NCBI GenBank assembly: GCA_036785375.1
Contig: JAWMAR010000034.1
Coordinates: forward strand, 372,001-436,000
Length of the DNA: 64,000 nucleotides
Source of the DNA: Leucoraja ocellata
Lineage: Eukaryota
Direction: 5' to 3'
Shown here: positions 43,001-49,000 of the stretch, one piece after another
How positions within the stretch are numbered: the first letter of the stretch is position 1
How the letters are laid out: each line of letters begins with the position of its first letter
The notes under the pieces: model-generated
What the model saw: only the letters and a program-made list of their open reading frames with translations
What the model was told of the DNA's origin: nothing
The model's database searches: none
Translations under genes and position numbers: made by a program

Positions 43001-46000
43001 ATTAGAATCAGGCCATTCAGTCCATCAAGTCTATTTAGCCCCTGACACCCATATTAATCAGAATCTGTCAAACCCCACTTTAAAAATATCCATCGACTTG
43101 ACCTCCCCAGCCTTCTGTGGCAATGAATGCCACAGATTCACCAATCTCTTTAGTCCGAGATTTCTCCTAATTTCCTTTCTAAAGGCACATCATTTTATTC
43201 TGAGGCTATGGCCTCTAGTCCTAGACTCACTTTATAGTGGAAACATCCTCTCCAAATCCACTCTATCCAGGCCTTTCACTATTCGGTAAGTTTCAATGAG
43301 GTCCCCCCTCACTGGGGCTGTGAGTTAAATGAAGTAGAAAAATGAAATATTCATAGCATTGGGCTGCAGGTTACCCAAGCAGGTTACCCAAGCAGAATAA
43401 AGGAGACACAGTATATAGAGCTTGGACGTCTATGCTAAGGATGAGAGGCTTGGGACCAGGGAATTGGAACGGTAGAGGCCCTGAGCGATGTCACCGATGC
43501 AAATGCAAAGGGACTGCACAAGGAAAGACAGAATAGAGTCCAGGTATGAAAAAAAATGGGTTAATTGGAGCTAGAGCAGGCAGAACAATGTGTCTACCAG
43601 AACCGTCCTGTTTATGGATCTTGGGTGAGAGATTGAAACAGTGCAGGGTTGGGGCACTTTAAAGGCTGAAGGTTGTGGAAGGGTGATCTCCTGATGTGAT
43701 GAAATCATTGTCCAGGAGACAATGGCCTGTGTTTATTATCGGGGTGATGGCCCAGTGAAGGCACAAGATGGTGACAGAAATTTGGAGCCTAACCTCCGTA
43801 ACATGGAGGTCAGTCACTAGACTACCACAGCACCTCCCTTTTCAGTGGGTTTGATGGCAAAGTCAAAATTGGTCTGATGTGATTGGTGTGCTGCATGTTC
43901 ATAGGCTGATCGGCAGAAGGAGACTAGCTGATATGACAAGTCATGGTTGACAATGTTTTTGTCAAATTTAATGTTTGGGGTTTGGAATATGCTGCTTGAA
44001 AGGTTAGCGGCTATGGTTTCAGAACCTTCAAAAGGTAATAAATTTACATGCAAAAGAGGGAAAAAAATTAAGTATATGAGGAAAGAAGAGGATTACAAAT
44101 CTTCAAAAAGAGTCAACATAAACTCCGTGGGCCATGACGTCTCAAGCAGTGTACTATTCTAAGATTCCTTAATTGAAAGAAATGTTTTTGGACGAACAGC
44201 AGGACAAATCAGAACAGATGAGGGGGGTGGGGGAAAAAGGGTTGAGAAATTAGTAGTGAAAATGCAAGGCCTTTGAAATAGAAGATAGATACAAAAAGCT
44301 GGAGTAACTCAGCGGGACAGGCATCAATCATCTCTGGAGAGAAGGAATGGGTGATGTTTCGGGTCGAGATCCTTCTTCAGACTGGGTGTTTAGCCTTCAG
44401 CCTTTAAAATAACTGTGCTCATTGGCATCAGGAAGAGGATTGCAAGGTTTGGAGACTGATATAAGAAGGTGGTTCCATTTTTTGGCAATATGCTGTGCTG
44501 CTGGAATTACTGGGCTGGAACCAAGCCTTAATGGAAAGATGAAGGAGAGACCAATAAATGTATGCCTGTGGAAAGATGACCTGGTGGAAAAATAACATCT
44601 CTATAATCATAAAAAAGGGGTCGAAAGATCAGATCAGCTTTGGAACAAGTTGGAAAATTTCCAGGCATCAGTATGTTCAAAATGTCAGTAACATAATATC
44701 TATGTTGCAGTCGACATTTCAGAGTCATGGTTAGATTAAGTGTTAAATCTTCCTGGCTATACAATGTTTTAGAGACGACAAAGAGTTGGAGAAGGGAGAG
44801 CAACAATATTAATAGAAGACAATTTTGCAGTAGGGATTTCAGTAAAGGCAACAAGGCAGTGAAAACAACATGGTTCGAATTAAGGAATGGCACAGGATGG
44901 AAGGCTCTGATGACAGATGTTTACAGACCTGATAGTGATTTGTAGGCGAGACGTACAAATACCAAGATCAGGGAAGAATGCAACAAAACCATTGGTTATA
45001 TTATATTTTTATATTTTTCATAGACAGAGATGAAAGACAACCCAACAGTGGCAATGGATTTCCAGAGAGCATTAGAAGCTGTTTTCTAAAAATATGTTTT
45101 AGAATTGACATGGAAAGAGAAACACTAACCAAATTGTATAATGAATCTGAAGCCTGAATTAGTCAATAATTTGATAAGTGAACATTTTAGAAATACATAA
45201 AATATGATTAAACAATACTGGATTTTGAGGGAGAGGAGGAGACTTTAATAAGAAAACCCAAAATAGTGGGGGGTTTTTAGAGTATAAAGCTAATTTTTAC
45301 CCACAATATGTAGCGACTACACTTGCCTATTGAAGCAACAAGATAAACCAATGAAAAAAATGACTATCAAGTTAGACCAAGTTACCAAGTTGTGTGAACT
45401 ACCAAGTTCACACAAACCGCTAAATTGAGATTCAACAGACTGGGAGAACTATAAAGAACAAAGAACATGAGAAATTGTTGCAATCGTGGCCAATCATTCT
45501 CCGTGAACCTTCTCTGCCATTCAATACAATAATGAATAACCATTCTCCAATCCAATCCACATAAATCCCATGTTCAAAAATATACTGATCTCAGCTGTGA
45601 ATATACTCAATTGAACACTGTCATTTGGAGTGAAGCAAACCAAAGACTGTGAAGAAATCAGTCCATGTGTCGGCGATGCAAAACAGCATTTCATACGCAC
45701 ACTGAAGTAGTTTTAGATTTTGTGCATTTCAACATATAGGGGGTCACATCATTCTCTCATCTCCCCATGTTGTCTAAACACTACGCAAATTTTTTGGTAT
45801 GGAGCCCAAAATTGTTCAAATATAAGCCCACCAAAGCCTTAAATAATAACAAAAAATCTAATATTACAACTAACTTCAAATGACGACTTCCCCAATTGCT
45901 GATTGTTCTGTGTTGATTTAATGAGATCTTGTTTCACAGGAAAACAAATTCTGCTGCAAACTAGTACAAATCTCTCTCCTTTAAAAATTGTTTTGCTTTT

Positions 46001-49000
46001 CCATTTGTTCCACTGCATTATACGCCAGCATTTATTCTTGTCCACACACTTAACCTTATTTGCTTGTCTTGGTAAACATTTTGCTTCCCCTGCCCAAATT
46101 ATTCATTTGCCCTCTTTTGTACCATCAGAAAACATGAATGCATGACAAAATCCCCTTGTTTAAAATCAATGAAAAAGATTAGGAATAGCTGAGCCTGAAG
46201 CATTGATCTAGGCAGCACCTCACCAGTTAATCCTTCTAACTTGAGAATGGTCAATTTATTGCTACTTTATTTTGTCCATTGCTAATCCTCAATCATTGCT
46301 AACAAACTAATTTCATCCCAATTCCTATGCAGAAGCCTCTTATGTGACTCACATCTTATCAAAAACCCTGTGAAAGCTCAAATGCATCATTTTGTCCTCA
46401 ACTATCCCATTAGTTTCATTGCCAACAAACAGTTTCCCCCCCCCACAAAACCCCGTTAATAAGTCCACAAATTATTTTATGATATATCCTGTATCCAGTT
46501 ATGGAGGGAAAAACTAAGTTAGTATTTATGAATGGGGGATAAATGAGATGGGGGCTCTGCCAGAGCCCAGCATGTGAATGCAGAGCAGAACAACAGACAG
46601 CCAACCATGTCATCTCTAGGTGCCCGCTCCGCCACCCACCAAATGGAGCTCAGGGCCTGGCATACATTGACGCAGAGACGACAACCTGGCTGCTCAACAT
46701 CCGGCGAGATCTAACTATTCCTTTAGTTTATTTAATGTTTCATTCGCAAGAAGAAATGGATAAAGAAATAATAGTCATGAAAGAAAAAAAACCTAAAAAT
46801 AACTGGTTAGATTTTTATGTATATTAAGAAAGGAAGTAGAATTGTGAAAGAGGCCCTTTTAAAAACTGGTGAGAATATAATGTACAATAAAGAAAAAAAA
46901 TACTTAAGGAAAGAGTGTCGGTTTTCAAAAATAGAAACTTTATTGGTTTTTGTTTTAGTGGACATATTTACATTGACTCTGCAGTTTTGAGTGCCACCGT
47001 TCACCTATCCCAGGACATTTGGATGAACTTTACTCACTCAGGACATCGAATTTGTCCAACGAGTCTCTGCCGAGTTGATAAGCGCTCAGTTGAATAAAAT
47101 TTCAGTTTTCAGTTGGATAAACGGTCCCAGACAATGAGAAGAACAAGATAGCGTAGACACAAGCAATCTTCCCTCTCTACTCCCATCCTGATGCTAGGTT
47201 TCGTCCTAAAACAGGCAATTCTCTCTACCCTCCCCCCCCCTCTCCACTGATGCTGTTCAACCCACTAAGTTCCTCCAGCAGATTGCTTGTTGCTCCAGGA
47301 CAGGATAATATCATTTGAATTGATTTAATATAATTAACTTGTTTTTGTGTTCTAAACATTCAGTATTTTTAAATTAATTCTTTGAATGTTTGCAGACTTC
47401 ACAAAAAAAACATTAAAGAACAGTTCTGACTGTGGGTGAACCCAAGGGCGGGTCTCACACTGTCAAAACAATTAATGGAGCAGAGCAAGTCAGTTATTCT
47501 GAGACTCAACCAGACTTGCCAGAAGAATGCTTCAGGGTCCCATTGCTAGAATGCAGCAGCACTAAAGGCACGTTTGGGTGACTCACCAGTCCACTGAAGA
47601 TCCCCCCACAACATATGAATTTAGCATGAGTAACACAAATCTTCAGATGATTGCTTCTCCACCAGGGTGTAAAGACAAGACAGAAAATCACTTATGCCTC
47701 TGTCACAATTTTTCAAAGCTCACAACGATTCAAGACCTTAGTTTAAGCTTTGTTAAACGGCAGATGTCATGTCGTCTAGGGATCTGTTCCAGGGTTTCAA
47801 GCTTTTGAGCACATATTACGGTGTTGAATTAATTATTAAATGGCTGAGGCTACAAGCTCTGGAGCGTATTTAAGGAGTATAGAGAGAAAGGGCAAGATTG
47901 AAAGGGACAGATATAAAAGCATGTAAATCTACAGCAAGTAAAGTTAATTGAAGGGAATTTTGAGCCTATGAACCTTGGATTTGGGAAAGGTAATTTGGAA
48001 TATAGTTCAAATAGTGAGAAATCGGGATCAAGGACAATGGAGAGACAGAGACATTTTGGGATTTGTATGCATGAATGCAAAAAACATCAAAAAGGAAATA
48101 AAATATAAATTGTATCTCAATCTTCACGAATTCAAAGGAGAATTTAAACTAAATTGTTGATAGTTTCAAATAAATGCCCTTCTGAAGCAGTGCATGCAAT
48201 TCTGGGCAATACATCTTAGAACAGAAATACCACAACAAAACAGGTTTAATACAAATTCACTATAATACTAACGGGTTGCATAAACATTTCTTGTATTCCA
48301 TTTTGAGTAGAGAAGATTAAGGATGATTTTATTCAGGTTTATTAATTGTTTGAAGGATAGAGCAAGATGGACAAAAATAATCTTTCTTGGGGAGGAATCC
48401 AAGTACATGGTGACAGAATGCTCTGAAGCGATGCTCAGAAACTCTTTTTCCCCATAAATGATAGTGAGAAATCTAAAATTCCCTTCCCTAAAGGGCTGTG
48501 ATTGCAGTGAATCAACAGACACTTTTAAGATCAAATTTGATAGACTTTTATTCAACAGGAGTCTCAAGAGCTCAGGGGTAAGATGAGGAAAGCAAGTTAA
48601 GCTTCAGACCAGCTACAGTTCAAGTAAATGTTGGAAGTGTCAAGAGGATGAATGGTTTCCTGCTGACCCCATGATCTTTTATATTCCTGACAACCTTCAT
48701 TGCTCTTGTACTTCGATTTTTATTCTATTTGTGCAGTTTCAGATGCCTTACAAACCACATCAAATGCAAGACCACCAGCAGAACTGGTCAGATGGCTTCA
48801 CTTCCCGCGCATAACTATTCTCATCCATGCAGATTTGTTATGACAAATGTATAAAATGATATAGTGGCTCAATGTTGTCAAAACCTTTAAAGTTTGAATA
48901 TCTGTGTCATATTGTTACAAATAAATATTTATTTAAAGATCTCCTATTTCTCCAATATCTCTTTGTAAAGATAATTTCAGAACTCGGGGATCTTCTCTTT

